A DNA stretch of 62,983 nucleotides, filler included, from Globobulimina sp. (GCA_003354225.1; 55 parts of 55 records of this genome joined end to end with filler, not necessarily neighbours in it), one strand, 5' to 3'; numbered from the whole stretch's first letter, positions 12,275 to 26,461 are shown. Notes: generated by a model not told the origin, from the sequence alone. Translations and numbers: made by a program.

Positions 12275-13776
12275 CCATCCTTCTTATTTTTCATTGTCTT
12301 TTTCCTCATGGTTTACGATATGTGATGCTAACTCCGCTTGCGTTCCTGCCATTCTTTGCATTCTATGATAAAGTTTTGGGATCGACGATTTAATATATTA
12401 ACACAGCAAAATGGAAGTGGAGAATAAGTCATGTTTTGTCCACACCACAATGTTTGGAATGTATTTACCACACATTTTCATGACTGATTGGGCGAAAGGA
12501 TTGTATCAAAACGACAAGAACGTATTTGNNNNNNNNNNNNNNNNNNNNNNNNNNNNNNNNNNNNNNNNNNNNTTAATTAATTAANNNNNNNNNNNNNNNN
12601 NNNNNNNNNNNNNNNNNNNNNNNNNNNNAAAATCGATGTGATGTGTTTTCCAAAGCGATTTACGGCACATATTTCGATATAATTTATATATTTTACGCTT
12701 GCTCCAAAGTATGAACTGTGATGTTTTAAAATAAAATTACTATTTGTTATGTTTTCTGATGAGTGTGCACGAATAAATGATGACGATGTCGACCGATGGG
12801 GCAACGCCCTGAAATTGGAAACCATACATGACTGCTTGACCCGACTTCTATTTCTAAGATATAGAGAGGTGAATGATCGCACGTGATTACCAAATCGGTT
12901 GATCCCAATTCTACACATTCTATCCATAAAGGACTAAGATTATATTGTAATAGAATAAAACAAGATTATAGTGTGAATTAGTTGAATCTTAAAATGTATA
13001 TATCACTGAGCTTTCGGCTTTCGTAAAGAAGCCATTGTCAAAGTGTTTTAATTGAAGTTATTTAATGTTCAATCACAAAAACTACAACACTCAAAACGAC
13101 ACACAAAAGCAACAAAAAAGTGAAAATATCAAATATATATAAAACACAAACACAACATATAATAATGAATCATATAAAAACGTGATTCTAATTAAATACT
13201 ATTATTTCAAATAAAAAATAAAAAAGTATAAATCCGAAACCAATTGAAATAATATGATAAACACTAAGTTGTCACAATTCAAGAAAAAGATAACAAGTAG
13301 TTATTGTGGGGGCAGTTAGTATCCACAAAGTACTTACGTCCATACCCCCAACAACAAACTGCTATAAATACCAAATCCTATTCATGCGAGCAAATACATA
13401 ATAAAATTATAATTAAAACATCGATGCGAATGACTTGTGTTGAATTTCGTCGTTTGGATCTAATAACTCTTTTTCGATCCAGTTATCCCACTTTGTTTTG
13501 AATGGGATGTGTGGCTCTGGTTCGATCTCAAAATTTAATTCCATCGTATTATTAATATCTAAGTTATTTTCATCGTCAAATAACTGTAACACTTCGTCTC
13601 CATTTTTCACATTATTAAATGTTAAATCTATGTCCAGATTTGTATCATTTATGTGATTAATTATTAGATTTTCATCNNNNNNNNNNNNNNNNNNNNNNNN
13701 NNNNNNNNNNNNNNNNNNNNTTAATTAATTAANNNNNNNNNNNNNNNNNNNNNNNNNNNNNNNNNNNNNNNNNNNN

Positions 13777-14824
13777 TATTATCTTTATATTTACCAGTAA
13801 GAACCATACAAAATATTATTGACAGTGGCATCATAAAAGATTGTGATATTAATCAAGTGTTAACATCAACATTCCGCTATCAACTATATACGGACTTAGA
13901 TCAAATGCGAGAACGTCTAAATCAATTTAAAGAAAGCAACGAATATTTGAAATCATTGCCAGCGCATATAACGACCTATCAAATATGGGATATTATCGTA
14001 TATGACTCATTCAATGATGACGAACAAAAAGAAATGGAGTCGACAAATATATTCGATATGGTCTCAATGGAGGAAATATTAACCTTTTGTTTATTACCGC
14101 AAGCTGAATATTTCACCACTGTACAATCAAAATGTGATGGAATGGTACAAAAAATAAATATATGGACCAAACCTTCGCAACTGAAGCAATATATGGATGA
14201 AATTGTTATGGATGAAAAGAAGGAATTGTTTGAATTTGAATATGCGGCAACAACAACATGGAAGACTGTGTGCCATGGCGTATGGAATAATGTGTCAATG
14301 GATGGACTTATTCGTGATAAATACCAATCTACTTTTAAAAAAGCAAGATATTATGAATGGAGAGCAGATAATATTCCATGTTATGCTGTTGAATTTTGTA
14401 ACTAGTATTATCATGATAATGATAAATTGGTTGGGAATTATTATACAGAGTTAAGAGATATTTTATGTGTTTCTGATTTTGTCGATGGGAATGCAATTAT
14501 GAAGAGATGGTATGCCATTGATATAGAAACGAAAAGTATCAGCACGCGGCTAATGATTATGAATAGTAACCTTTTGTGTGGATTGCTGAACATGGATAAA
14601 ACCATTGTACTAAAAAAAAGGAGTGAGGATATCTCGCAAGAATTGGAAATGATGAATATAGCCGCGGAGAAAAATAGGATGGCCCCGGCAATGGATAATA
14701 GGAAGAAGCATATTGTTATGTATAAGTTTAAGTTTATTGTATTTAAAGGACGGTATAAATTGAAGGATGAAATTAACTCTGAATTGGATGAATTAGAGTG
14801 GCTGGATGCAACTGCGTCAGAGTG
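13777..14824 (+). pseudogene. Hypothetical coding frame interrupted by one in-frame TAG (14403-14405)
   Basis: ORFs 13857-14405 and 14427- are in the same frame: VEFCN*YYHDNDKLVG. Confidence 0.5.
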
Positions 14825-14952
14825 NNNNNNNNNNNNNNNNNNNNNNNNNNNNNNNNNNNNNNNNNNNNTTAATTAATTAANNNNNNNNNNNNNNNNNNNN
14901 NNNNNNNNNNNNNNNNNNNNNNNNTGTTTATTATTATATACAAATTAAAGTA

Positions 14953-15861
14953 TCACTCTGAACCATTTATCTTTGCAACAATAAATCCAATGATGGTGGG
15001 CACAGCGGAAACAGCAGCTGTCCAAAATGCTTTCGCTGTTAACTTATCAAATTTAACCCCAAACACACGGGGCACAATTTCATTATGGTCCTTCAGATGA
15101 GTTAGCAGGATCTGCGATGATTGAATTGCATATTTTTGCTCCAATGATAACTTATCATGTTTCAAAAATTGCATCAAATTCTCATTATGGATGGTACTGC
15201 ATTGCGTTCGAATGGCATCATTTTGTTTTTCCGATTCCCGGTTAAATCTATGTCCATACCATAATAATCTACAAATTTGTAACACAGATAATATGGCTAA
15301 ATAAAACCATGTCGCTAACGCACTGTTGGAAAATAAGCTATTATTGGTTTTCCATTTCAATCCAACCCCACCAAAGATGCAATAAATAGTGCCACTCCAA
15401 CTCGTCAACGCCAATAAAAACAAAGCAAATACGGGAGTCTCTAAGGAAGCAAATAACATCATCCCTTTACGCTTAATAAAATCAGCCAAAGTAATCCATG
15501 ATAATATATTATCGGTGTAATCAAACTGAATATATTCAGAATATGTATTGCGGACAATCAAATTTGAAATGTTTTTTACATTGTCATACTGTCTTCGTAT
15601 TCGATCAATCATCGTTTCCCACAAAACAATAAATGTCCATAACATGATCCACGATGTAACATTTGATACAACGCAATATATTTGACGCAAATACCAATTT
15701 TTGGTTGTATGGCCATGGCTCGTTTCAGCCACGTAAAATGGTTGTTGTTTTTCTTGGAAATTCTCCAGGTTTTGAGCTCCAAAAAAGATCAAAATGGATG
15801 TCGTGAAAAGTATCCATGTTTTAAGATTGACCATTTTGGATTTTCCAGCGCATCTAAACAC
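14953..15861 (-). CDS. Multi-pass membrane protein, C-terminal part
   Basis: 302-aa ORF with several hydrophobic helices. Confidence 0.65.
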   Translation of the reverse strand: MFRCAGKSKMVNLKTWILFTTSILIFFGAQNLENFQEKQQPFYVAETSHGHTTKNWYLRQIYCVVSNVTSWIMLWTFIVLWETMIDRIRRQYDNVKNISNLIVRNTYSEYIQFDYTDNILSWITLADFIKRKGMMLFASLETPVFALFLLALTSWSGTIYCIFGGVGLKWKTNNSLFSNSALATWFYLAILSVLQICRLLWYGHRFNRESEKQNDAIRTQCSTIHNENLMQFLKHDKLSLEQKYAIQSSQILLTHLKDHNEIVPRVFGVKFDKLTAKAFWTAAVSAVPTIIGFIVAKINGSE

Positions 15862-16072
15862 TCTCCGCGATATTAATTCGTGTGTTGGAGTTCTGTGGAT
15901 TTATATTTTAAGTTATTTTATAAATATATAAGGACTACGGAGTGAAAATTGCAATACCTGACTTCCAAGAAANNNNNNNNNNNNNNNNNNNNNNNNNNNN
16001 NNNNNNNNNNNNNNNNTTAATTAATTAANNNNNNNNNNNNNNNNNNNNNNNNNNNNNNNNNNNNNNNNNNNN

Positions 16073-16361
16073 GGCTTGGAAAGTTGTGTCCAAGTTTGTG
16101 CATCCGATCACTGTGGAAAAAATTAAGATTTTGGATGGAAAATACATTGAGACTATGAAGGAATATATTGATTTGGATCAGATACCAAAAGTGTATGGTG
16201 GAACGGGGGAATTGAGTGTAAAATATGGATATACTGCGGATATTGAGGATGATGTGTTGGATGGGTATTATTCTATGAGTGATCCTATAGATTTAGAGAC
16301 TGTGTGGTGTAGAAAAAATAGAAAGAATGTTGTGGAGGAAGGTGAAGCTAAAAACGATTAA
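16073..16361 (+). CDS. CRAL-TRIO/Sec14 lipid-binding protein, C-terminus
   Basis: AWKVVSKFVHPITVEKIKIL...IDLDQIPKVYGG. Confidence 0.88.
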
Positions 16362-17220
16362 TTTGATTTATTTACAATGTTTATGTGTTTGCTATTGGAG
16401 TTTTATAAATTATTTATTTTAAGTTTTAAATAAATCCTGAAAAGACTTTAGGAATTGTGATGATTTGTTTTCCTCAGAAACGCGTTTGTGTTTCTCAGAT
16501 AATTGGTCCTAAACCAAAAGGGATACTATGACAACATATTTTTAATTTAATAGTATTGATAAAAGCAAAGAATATGCGATCAACTTTGATTAAATTCCCA
16601 TTGATATATATTAACATTATCTTTGGCAAATGAAACCATTATATTTTCATTTTTTATAATTATGTAACAATTGAAAGCAACTTGTTCATTATTAAATACT
16701 TTACACATTTTGTCATAGTCTAATTTGGGAAATGAACTCGTTTTTTCAATTTGTTTTTGCCACTTCTTGTTTGTTACAGAATCTACAACTGTTAATATCG
16801 TTGTTTCTGTTTTTCATCAAACTCAGACTCAAATTCCCATTCATGTGCCAATGATTCCTTTGCTTCTTGTGCCATTCTGAAAAAAGTTTAATCCCGATTT
16901 TTTGTCAGCTATCATTCAAAGAATCAAATATACAGCATCTGGTTTATAGAATAGCAGAACAAGAACAAAATACAGCAAACCAAGTCACCAAAACAAGAAT
17001 GACAAAAAAAGACAACTATAAAAAAAATCAAACAAAAAATATACAGATATTAAATTACAGATATTTAATACATCATTTTTTATATATTCCATTTTTATGA
17101 ATTTCTAATATTCCTTTGGCNNNNNNNNNNNNNNNNNNNNNNNNNNNNNNNNNNNNNNNNNNNNTTAATTAATTAANNNNNNNNNNNNNNNNNNNNNNNN
17201 NNNNNNNNNNNNNNNNNNNN

Positions 17221-18267
17221 ATCGGTACTACGATGACGGGCCATCAGCAACGATTATACGATGGTATGATGTAAGCAATGGTTTTACTAACAACATATTA
17301 TATGATTTTGGCTATTATCAGACAAATATTATGGTTGATGAAAATATCAAAATTGGGATACACGGCAATTATCGTTATTTGTATGGGACAGTTAATGATA
17401 TGATTAATATTTCAACCGTTAACCTTGAAGAGGCAGCATATTTTGATAATGAACGTTCAAATATTTTTGCTATATATTATGTTGCCCGGTACAATGGAAA
17501 CCGCAGAGGTAGTATTTTAACAGATATTTCATCTGATTTTTTTTGTGGTTTTAATGACGGGAAAGCTGGAGTATGTTATTGGGGCGGAACCAGATATTCA
17601 GAGTTTGATGAGGATTTGTATGGAAATAAATGGGTATTATCTTCATTTTATACATCATTCAGTGAATATTCAGTAAGCCAATCTGAGGTATTTGAAGAAA
17701 ATATAAATTGGTTTTACACACAAAACGGCGAGAGTTCTTTTGTTAATTTGGAACAACGGAAATCTGATCAATTGAAATTAGCCATTAACGGTGCACTGAA
17801 TAGTGACTGGGCAGTGGCAGAAATAATTGTTATTGAGGATGGCCTATTTCCAGCAGGTGTCACCCCATTTATTCATTCAATGTGTGTCGAGGAATATTTA
17901 TCAGCCAAATATGGAATAAATTCGTTTAAATATAATATTGTCAGTTTCCTGTCATTACTGTTATCGAATTGGTGCATTATACTTTTAACATTGATCGGTG
18001 GCATATTTGTAAATTCATTGTTATTTAAGGGAGTTTTCTGTAAAATTATTATTGATGCAATAGGTCAAATATGCGAGGGATGCTGTTTTTGTTGTACGTG
18101 CTGTTGGTATGGCTGTTGGAACGGTGGTAACGACCTTTGTTGTTTCAAGTGTTGTCACTGTGATTTGGATTGTAGTTGTTGTAATTTGGTAGATGTATCA
18201 ACAATGCTTAGGCATCATCATCTAGGTTTTGTTCATTCAACCTTAACTGATGATGATTGTGATTGTT
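17221..18267 (+). CDS. Membrane protein with lectin/LamG-like ectodomain and very Cys-rich cytoplasmic tail (partial)
   Basis: LAING..SDWAVAEIIV...VEEYLSAKYG, then a TM helix, then CCFCCTCCWYGC. Confidence 0.55.
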
Positions 18268-20661
18268 NNNNNNNNNNNNNNNNNNNNNNNNNNNNNNNNN
18301 NNNNNNNNNNNTTAATTAATTAANNNNNNNNNNNNNNNNNNNNNNNNNNNNNNNNNNNNNNNNNNNNTAAATTTACATATTGACCTTTTTGTAATGCCGC
18401 ATATTGATGATAATGATGTTGTTGTTGTTGAAAGTGAGGTTTTAGACAAAGAAAAACGAAATGAACAAATAACAAAAGTAGAGTCAACATTATTTAATAA
18501 TAACACGAATATTAATAATCATCAACAATATAATAAAAACCCACAAATGCAGTACTCGCAACAAACGGCATATGCGTTGTATCAACAGCAAATAAGAGAT
18601 AATATGAGATATCAGCTACACCAACAAACTAAAGCAAAACTATTGGAACATGATGACGATTTCAAATGTTCACCGCCAAATCTACAAATACAACCAAATG
18701 ATGATGCACCAAAACATTAAATGGATAAAATGTTACTGACAGTATATTTGTTGAGGCATATTTAATTTTGTGAAATGACAATGAATTAATTCCTATTGTT
18801 TTTATTTACTAAGCAAAATCCCGCACTGTTCACGAATTGCAGAGGTCAACCTTGCCATATATTTTCTTGTTGTGTAGTACAACTATTCTAAAACATTTTT
18901 GCTTTTCAATTAGTGCGCAAGGATATCAATAGAGATTTGTCAGAACAAAAAACACAGACAAATGAAATTAAAAATAGTCAACAGCAGAAAAAAAGAGGAA
19001 TAGAAGAAATAATGACTGAGTATAAATCACTGGATTATTGAATACATTTCACACACATTTCAACAAAAAGAGTAAAAATTAAGAAACAAAAGCAAATCAA
19101 CTGTGAAAGCAAAAAGAAAGTAAAGTAATTAAATAGAAATATGACTGCCTTTAATAACTATATACATGATATTAATTGGTTGGATTCTTTGTGGCTTTTA
19201 CTTTTTTTTTATTCGACTTTGGCAATGGTTTATTTTTGGGTATTTGCGGTGGAGCCCGCTTAGGCGAAGCAACTTTACTTTTGCTTCCATGCTTATTTTT
19301 CTTCCTATCGGATTTTGCATTTTTTGACGATTTTGATTTATTTTTTTTAATATCTGAACCTGTTCTACGTTTTACAAACGACGGAGACAAATTGCTCGAT
19401 TCAATACCATCACTNNNNNNNNNNNNNNNNNNNNNNNNNNNNNNNNNNNNNNNNNNNNTTAATTAATTAANNNNNNNNNNNNNNNNNNNNNNNNNNNNNN
19501 NNNNNNNNNNNNNNCGCCGTGAACCGAGTTCTGGAGTGCTCACATTGAATACATTCATACATTACATGAGGTATACTGTTACAGTGGCGGCAGCAGACTT
19601 GTGTTGTTTTGTGTTAACTATTGGGCTTCGAGAATGGAGTACCGAATTTTTGCTGGCCTAACAACCATGCAGTAGAGTAGAGGATGTCCGGGACACCTCA
19701 AAGTCGATTACCACGTCCTAAAAATGCGTGCAAAAGCATCGAAATCGCTTGCCAGCATATAGTTTTATGTTTGACAACCATCCATTAATTTAAATATTTT
19801 CAAAAATAATTTAGTCGCGGCTATAATTTAGTCGCAAAGTTAGTAGCTTAGCAGGTGCTGAGTGGTAATTACCATTATACATAATGTAGTTAACTAGAGC
19901 TACCACATTAGATCGCGCCTATGTTTAGGACCCCTAGTAGTAATTCTGGGTACTGTAGGTACATAAATATTTTCGCATCAAACCATTTATGGCAAGGTTG
20001 AGATCATATCTGCTTAGACTGCACCTGTTGGAGTTACTCCCATATGTGGGGTATCAAATCATCTGGGTGTTCATGTGGTTTCTAGTCCAGTGTCGCATTT
20101 TCGACCAAAAGTTAATGGTGTTGGGAGTGAGGGATACCCACATGTGGTGTAGCAACATCAGTATGCAGTAAAATTACATCATTTACATGTACCAATACAG
20201 TAATTGCCCGTTACTAGGAAAGGTAGAATTTTAGTTGCTACAGCCCGGTAGAGTGGTAAATCGATTTTACAAGTCCATTTTCGTACTGTTGCCCAGTTAA
20301 TAAATAGTGAGGCGATGGCCATTTTTGAGTCGTTGGGACTCCCTTGTCCCACGTTGCTCGTGGTTGCAGCCTAATTGTTTTTTCTCTGGGAAGCATGTAT
20401 TCCATCAATCATGGACGGTTTTTCCCACCTATAGTCGTTACTCAGTGCAGCTAAGTCGCTAATTGGGTATTTTTAGAGGAGTAAATACATTTTTAATTAA
20501 AACCCTATAGTTCATTAGGAATTATTTTAATGCAGGCGCATACCAATTTGCTTTCCCGTCTNNNNNNNNNNNNNNNNNNNNNNNNNNNNNNNNNNNNNNN
20601 NNNNNTTAATTAATTAANNNNNNNNNNNNNNNNNNNNNNNNNNNNNNNNNNNNNNNNNNNN

Positions 20662-21708
20662 TGAGTAATATCCACATTATGACCAAATTGATTTTCAACA
20701 TATCTTTTACTTTCTATTTCAGTCGTAACATACTTTCCTTTTTCACTTTTTTTTGCGTGGCGATATTTGAAAACAAATTGTATTGGATTCGATGATCGAA
20801 TGGATCCGGTCCCGGAATCAAATGTTTTTGCGCCAGAATAACCATCGATTCGTACGGATAAACCAAGTAAATGGTCATTAAATCTTTTTACTTCTTCATA
20901 ATAATCAAAATTAAGAAATGAAATTGCATGTTGGTCATAAGAATAATTCTTCCATTTCATATTTGTAATACATACTGCAAAATCATCATTTTCTGCACCA
21001 AATCTAAATACATTCTCAACTTTAAATAAAATTGTACCAAAATACTTCTCTTTATTATCCATTATAAGCTCAACTGTCGATTCTACGATAGTATGAACTA
21101 ATGAACAATTTCTTATGAAATACATGTTTTGTTTAATTAAACCTCCATCATCAATACATAAAACATGTTTCGCTGTCATTATATACTCGTTTGATAGGAA
21201 CACACCGGTGGCTACGCGCTTGATAACATACTTAGTTTTCTCCTTTTGTTCATCAAACAATTGAGTGATTTGAATAAATACACCAATTCCTTCATGGGTT
21301 TGATAAGATTGATCATTTTGAACTCGATCAGGGTCCAGGCAACTTTGTTTACAATAACCAGTCTTATTTACTTTATCATTTTCCATCTTAATATCACCAT
21401 CATCATCAACCAATGTTTGATCAATATCATCAACACCGCCTCCACCACCACCACAATAATAAATGGACTGTGGATTATGAATTTCTTCCCATTCAACTCG
21501 AGCTCTATCAGTATCCCTAACTTTCAGTGTTAAATTATCCTCTGCAATAATATTATTATTCATTTTTGCGACAATATTAATTATGGCATATTCATTTTCT
21601 TCAAACTCATCTCCCCAATATTTTGTTCCTGACCATTGTGTTGCTGCATCCACATAACCATTCGATTTAAAATTAAATTTATAATCTTCACAAAAACGAT
21701 TCATATCA
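20662..21708 (-). CDS. Trypsin-like serine protease domain protein (partial)
   Basis: ATGVFLSNEYIMTAKHV (catalytic His), DDFAV (Asp); truncated before the Ser motif. Confidence 0.72.
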
Positions 21709-22404
21709 NNNNNNNNNNNNNNNNNNNNNNNNNNNNNNNNNNNNNNNNNNNNTTAATTAATTAANNNNNNNNNNNNNNNNNNNNNNNNNNNNNNNNNNNN
21801 NNNNNNNNATAAACACAAACAGAGACAAAATTAAATTTAAAATAAAGATTTTTGAATCAAAAAAATGGAAAACAATTTATAAAGATATTTCTGTTTTTTT
21901 TTTGAAAAAATGTTATAAACAATTATACGTTGTACGATTTAAACGAATTGACGGTGATTGTTATGAATTTTTAAAAATTAAAAATAAATATTTATTAAAA
22001 TGCGATGTTGTAAATGGTTTAACTGAGCAACAAATTAATGCTTTCACAAAAATGTCCAATAAAAGAGGTAAAGTTATATCTTCACATTGAAAACATGCTC
22101 ATTTTGATGTTTCAATGCTCATTTTTTTGTTGAATATTAATTAGTTTAGTGACCGTAGATTTTTATGTCTGTTTTATGTGTATTCATATTTTTGATTGCT
22201 TGCAATATGTGGTTTCGTTTTTGCCATTTGTGTGATTTTTTTCTCTCACTCGTTTTCACTCGCTTTTGTAGTTTATTAATTTTTGTGTTGGTATTATAAA
22301 ACCTCGAAAACCTTCCATGCAGTTTTATTTGACCAGCAACATTATAGTGCCGCCCCGTTGCTTCTGTAAGTTTTTTCCTAGAGAAAAGTTTTTGATATTA
22401 CATA

Positions 22405-22855
22405 ATGGCGCTGGCAAAGAGGATCGATGCAGTGCTAGCTTCATATTATGAATTTCGAAACACAGAAGGATATTATGACGAAGACGGACTAGGTAAATTT
22501 GGTGAGTGGGTCGAAGATAACGGGTATGATACAGATATGATAGAGGATGAATTAGCCGGCGATGCAGCGGATTGTTCATTATTTGAATATGATGAAGATT
22601 TCCCAACACATTTAAAGGGTGTTTTGCGCTCAGAATTCATGTTCGATCTCTTCAAGAGATGTAAAGAAAATGTATTACGCGCCTCGTCGTGGAACCGTAT
22701 AATCGGTGGATATTTTATTTTTAAATATAAAGCAAAATTAGTTCTTATGAATCCACACGAATTTGCCTTGGTTGCTGCTGAAGATATCATCGACAAAAAC
22801 TATGCTGTCGGAGCGAAACGACATTACATGCAACAAATATGGATTTACAATCACA
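22405..22855 (+). CDS. Hypothetical acidic protein (partial)
   Basis: ATG-initiated ORF with RIDAVLASYY...GLGKF...DEDFP. Confidence 0.6.
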
Positions 22856-24369
22856 NNNNNNNNNNNNNNNNNNNNNNNNNNNNNNNNNNNNNNNNNNNNT
22901 TAATTAATTAANNNNNNNNNNNNNNNNNNNNNNNNNNNNNNNNNNNNNNNNNNNNCGTATTTATCACATAATCAAAAACCAGCTGAAGCAATGCGTCAAA
23001 TACCAAACACTCCATATATTTTAGAGCTATATAATTACCACCAATTACAACCAAAACTATCAACATAGAATTGTTTATTTCAAGAATATTTAGGTTCATT
23101 TTATTATTGTATAATCACATTTTATTATATGTATTTTTTGTTTGTGTTTCTGTTGTATGTGTTTGTATACTCCATATTTTTATATATAAAAAAAAACATA
23201 TTCATTTTTCATAAAATACTAATCAAACAGTTATATAACATGCAAGGATATATATATTATGCTGTGTTATGGAATTCCCATGCTTTTTATGGGTATTTAT
23301 GGGTTTTTCGAATGTTTAACCTCCGAACTTAGTTAGTCATAGTCTAATGCTGCCATTGTTTTATATATTTTTAGTGTGATTGGCTTTGCAACAGCTTCAT
23401 ACTGTATTATTGCCACAATGTATACAAATAAAAATATTTATAAGGGTTATTGGGTAGCTATGCAAATATTTGCAAGGCCGTTGAGAATTAAACATGGCGA
23501 TGATATCAGGATATGGCAAGAAATGCGTAAATTATACGTAAATTATTATATGGTAATTTTGTTTGGTTTATCGAATTGTGTGGTTGTATCCTATGTTGTG
23601 ATTGAATTGATTTGTGTATTAATTGGGTTGTATTGGACATTTGATCCCGGATTACATATTTTTCTCTTCCTACATTCGCCATACTTGTTGCTGGTCTAAT
23701 ATTTACAGGATATGTATTACGCATTTTTGCAATGTGCGCTGGAACAACAAAGGATATGTATGTTACAGGAACAACAAAGAATACGTTGGAAATTGTACAA
23801 GAAAAGTGATGACGATGAAGATAGTTCAAATTTAAAAGAACTACTAAACGATATATTCCAAAAGATAACCCCCCCCCCTGGTCGATAAGTTGTATACATT
23901 TAATTCAATTCTCTGAGAAACGCTTTGCAAATCCAGAAACAGTTTGCTACAGATTTGTCTTGGATTTGTTCTGTGTTTGTTATAACTTTGTGTTGGGTTT
24001 GCNNNNNNNNNNNNNNNNNNNNNNNNNNNNNNNNNNNNNNNNNNNNTTAATTAATTAANNNNNNNNNNNNNNNNNNNNNNNNNNNNNNNNNNNNNNNNNN
24101 NNTGGTTCTATTCAATATGAATCAAACACATATTATGCTCGGATTTTTGTCGATATTAAAGGACATAAATTATTGACTGTACAGCTGAAAAAGTAATCGT
24201 GATGGTTGTTATTTTTTTTTTATTAGTGTCGATCTTTTTAAGGTCTGACCGAACTAAGAGTTTTTGTTTTAAGTTTGAAATTTTCAAAAAAAAATTATAA
24301 ATTAAAGCAGAATGTAAAATTTAAAATTTAATTAATAAATAATCGACATCTTTTTGTCATGTTGATGAA

Positions 24370-24759
24370 TCATTCTTTTTTTCTGCCTAAAATCTGATCA
24401 CGAAATTTTTCAAGAACTGCAACGCATCGACCAATTAATTTCTCATCTTTAACACCTAATTCATTCATTGTTTGAGCAAATAATTCACCGACAACATTAA
24501 AATGATCATCATTTAATCCATTATTTTTTACTAATTCAATATGTGCATCATACATATTTTTTCCATCATAATTATTTGGTCCACCAAATGCATGAATACA
24601 CCATTTTGTTAATTTTAAATGTTGTTCTGACATTTTTGCTTCATCATGATCGGCAAAAAATCTTTTGACACGGTCATCTTTTGATGCTTTGCTTAATAAC
24701 ATTTTTGTTGCTGCTTTTACTGCTTCAGCTCCACCTAATTCTTCTAATAAAGTCGACAT
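24370..24759 (-). CDS. Group I truncated (2/2) hemoglobin, complete
   Basis: LLEELGG, D.RV.RFF, AFGGPNNYDGKNM..AH (proximal His), GLNDDHF. Confidence 0.93.
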   Translation of the reverse strand: MSTLLEELGGAEAVKAATKMLLSKASKDDRVKRFFADHDEAKMSEQHLKLTKWCIHAFGGPNNYDGKNMYDAHIELVKNNGLNDDHFNVVGELFAQTMNELGVKDEKLIGRCVAVLEKFRDQILGRKKE

Positions 24760-26461
24760 TCTGTTTGTTGTCTGAATTGTGTGTTTTGTGGTTTTTTTTG
24801 TGTTTGTGGTTTTTGTAGATTTTTGATTTGTTGGTTTCTGACGATTTTTTGTTTGTTAGTTCTAATTTTAGAGCCTATTTTTAACCATTTTATACCGAAT
24901 ATTGTCATAATTCATCTGCTGCAGCTGGTTAAAACTGTAGTTCATAATTCATAATCCTATATATCACAAATTACCACAATGAGTGGTACTGCAGTTCCCT
25001 GTTTGTTGACTGTGGTACTGCAGTTCCCTGTTAATTACCGCCTCTATGGGCGGTCAGTCGTTTTTTGATAATATGTTGCTGAAATATTTTGTGCATTGCA
25101 ACAAGGGCTGAAAGCATTGAATACCTGATTTAATTTGAATATTATAAAANNNNNNNNNNNNNNNNNNNNNNNNNNNNNNNNNNNNNNNNNNNNTTAATTA
25201 ATTAANNNNNNNNNNNNNNNNNNNNNNNNNNNNNNNNNNNNNNNNNNNNATTACAGAAGTAGTATTAGTAAAAGTGAATTTGCAGAAAGAACATATTGAT
25301 AATCGACATATCGATTCATTACTGATCAATAAGCATTTGGTAACTCGATCTATATATCGTGATCTCCATGTAACAACATCGCTCGTTTATCCTTCTGATG
25401 GAAAAGATAAAATGATTTCAACACAAATCTCTTTTCAACAAATATTTCCAATTTTATCAAATTCATAAGTGTTATTTATTCACATGTCACGAATAATTCT
25501 ACCTATTTAGCTTAGATGACATGATGTCGGTTTACTGTCACAGTTGGAAAATTCAGTAACCCTTCCCAAAATGACATATCAATTTTGAAAATCTTCCTCA
25601 TCACAGCCGAAATAACAATTCATATATGGCCACAGCTTGTAGACGGAAAAAGTTGAAATTCAAAATTATTCTGGTAACTGCGTTTTATTACAAGCTGTGT
25701 TGTATTTCAACAACTAACTTTTAATTCTTAATATCAAGAACAAGATAACTGAAATGAAGAAGAAAACTTGTCTCTCGTTACTCTATAAAAGTTATGACAG
25801 GCTTATCCTTCAATCACTTAAATTGCAATAATTTCTGCTCTTTTTCAAACACTTTTTTCTAATGGTAAGAGAAAACAAATGTGATAACAAAGTGTAATAA
25901 ACATTGGCATAGAATGTAAAGTGCTTTGCACTGATTAAAACTTTATAGCAAATGTTTATAAAGCAGAAGCACGTTGATTATTGCAGAGTAGAACTGAAAT
26001 AATGAATAATGTTGCATGGAATTTATATAAGAGAACTGGAAACATTACTTTAATTTACTCCGAATTTCTTCAAATGTATATTTGCATACTTTGTAACAAT
26101 TTTAAACTGAACCACGAAGTTCGGCACATTATTTTACATCAGGAGGACAACAAAAATTTACAACAAATCGACTAAATCATACTTTGATTGGGTCATTTTT
26201 GTTTATTTTTTCCTGAAACACATTAATGACCTGAAATTATGAATAATATTATTTCCTATTCTCATTAGCCTAGAGAAATGTTGTTATGATTTACATNNNN
26301 NNNNNNNNNNNNNNNNNNNNNNNNNNNNNNNNNNNNNNNNTTAATTAATTAANNNNNNNNNNNNNNNNNNNNNNNNNNNNNNNNNNNNNNNNNNNNGACA
26401 TATACCCAACAAAAGAACCATTAATTGAGAGACAGTTCAAACCAGTTTTGGACGCAAGTAC

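Noticed and set aside
12629-12927. GAPDH (RIGINRFG resembles RIGINGFG)
   Set aside because: No further similarity; the sequence looks more like an Arg/Ser-rich targeting peptide
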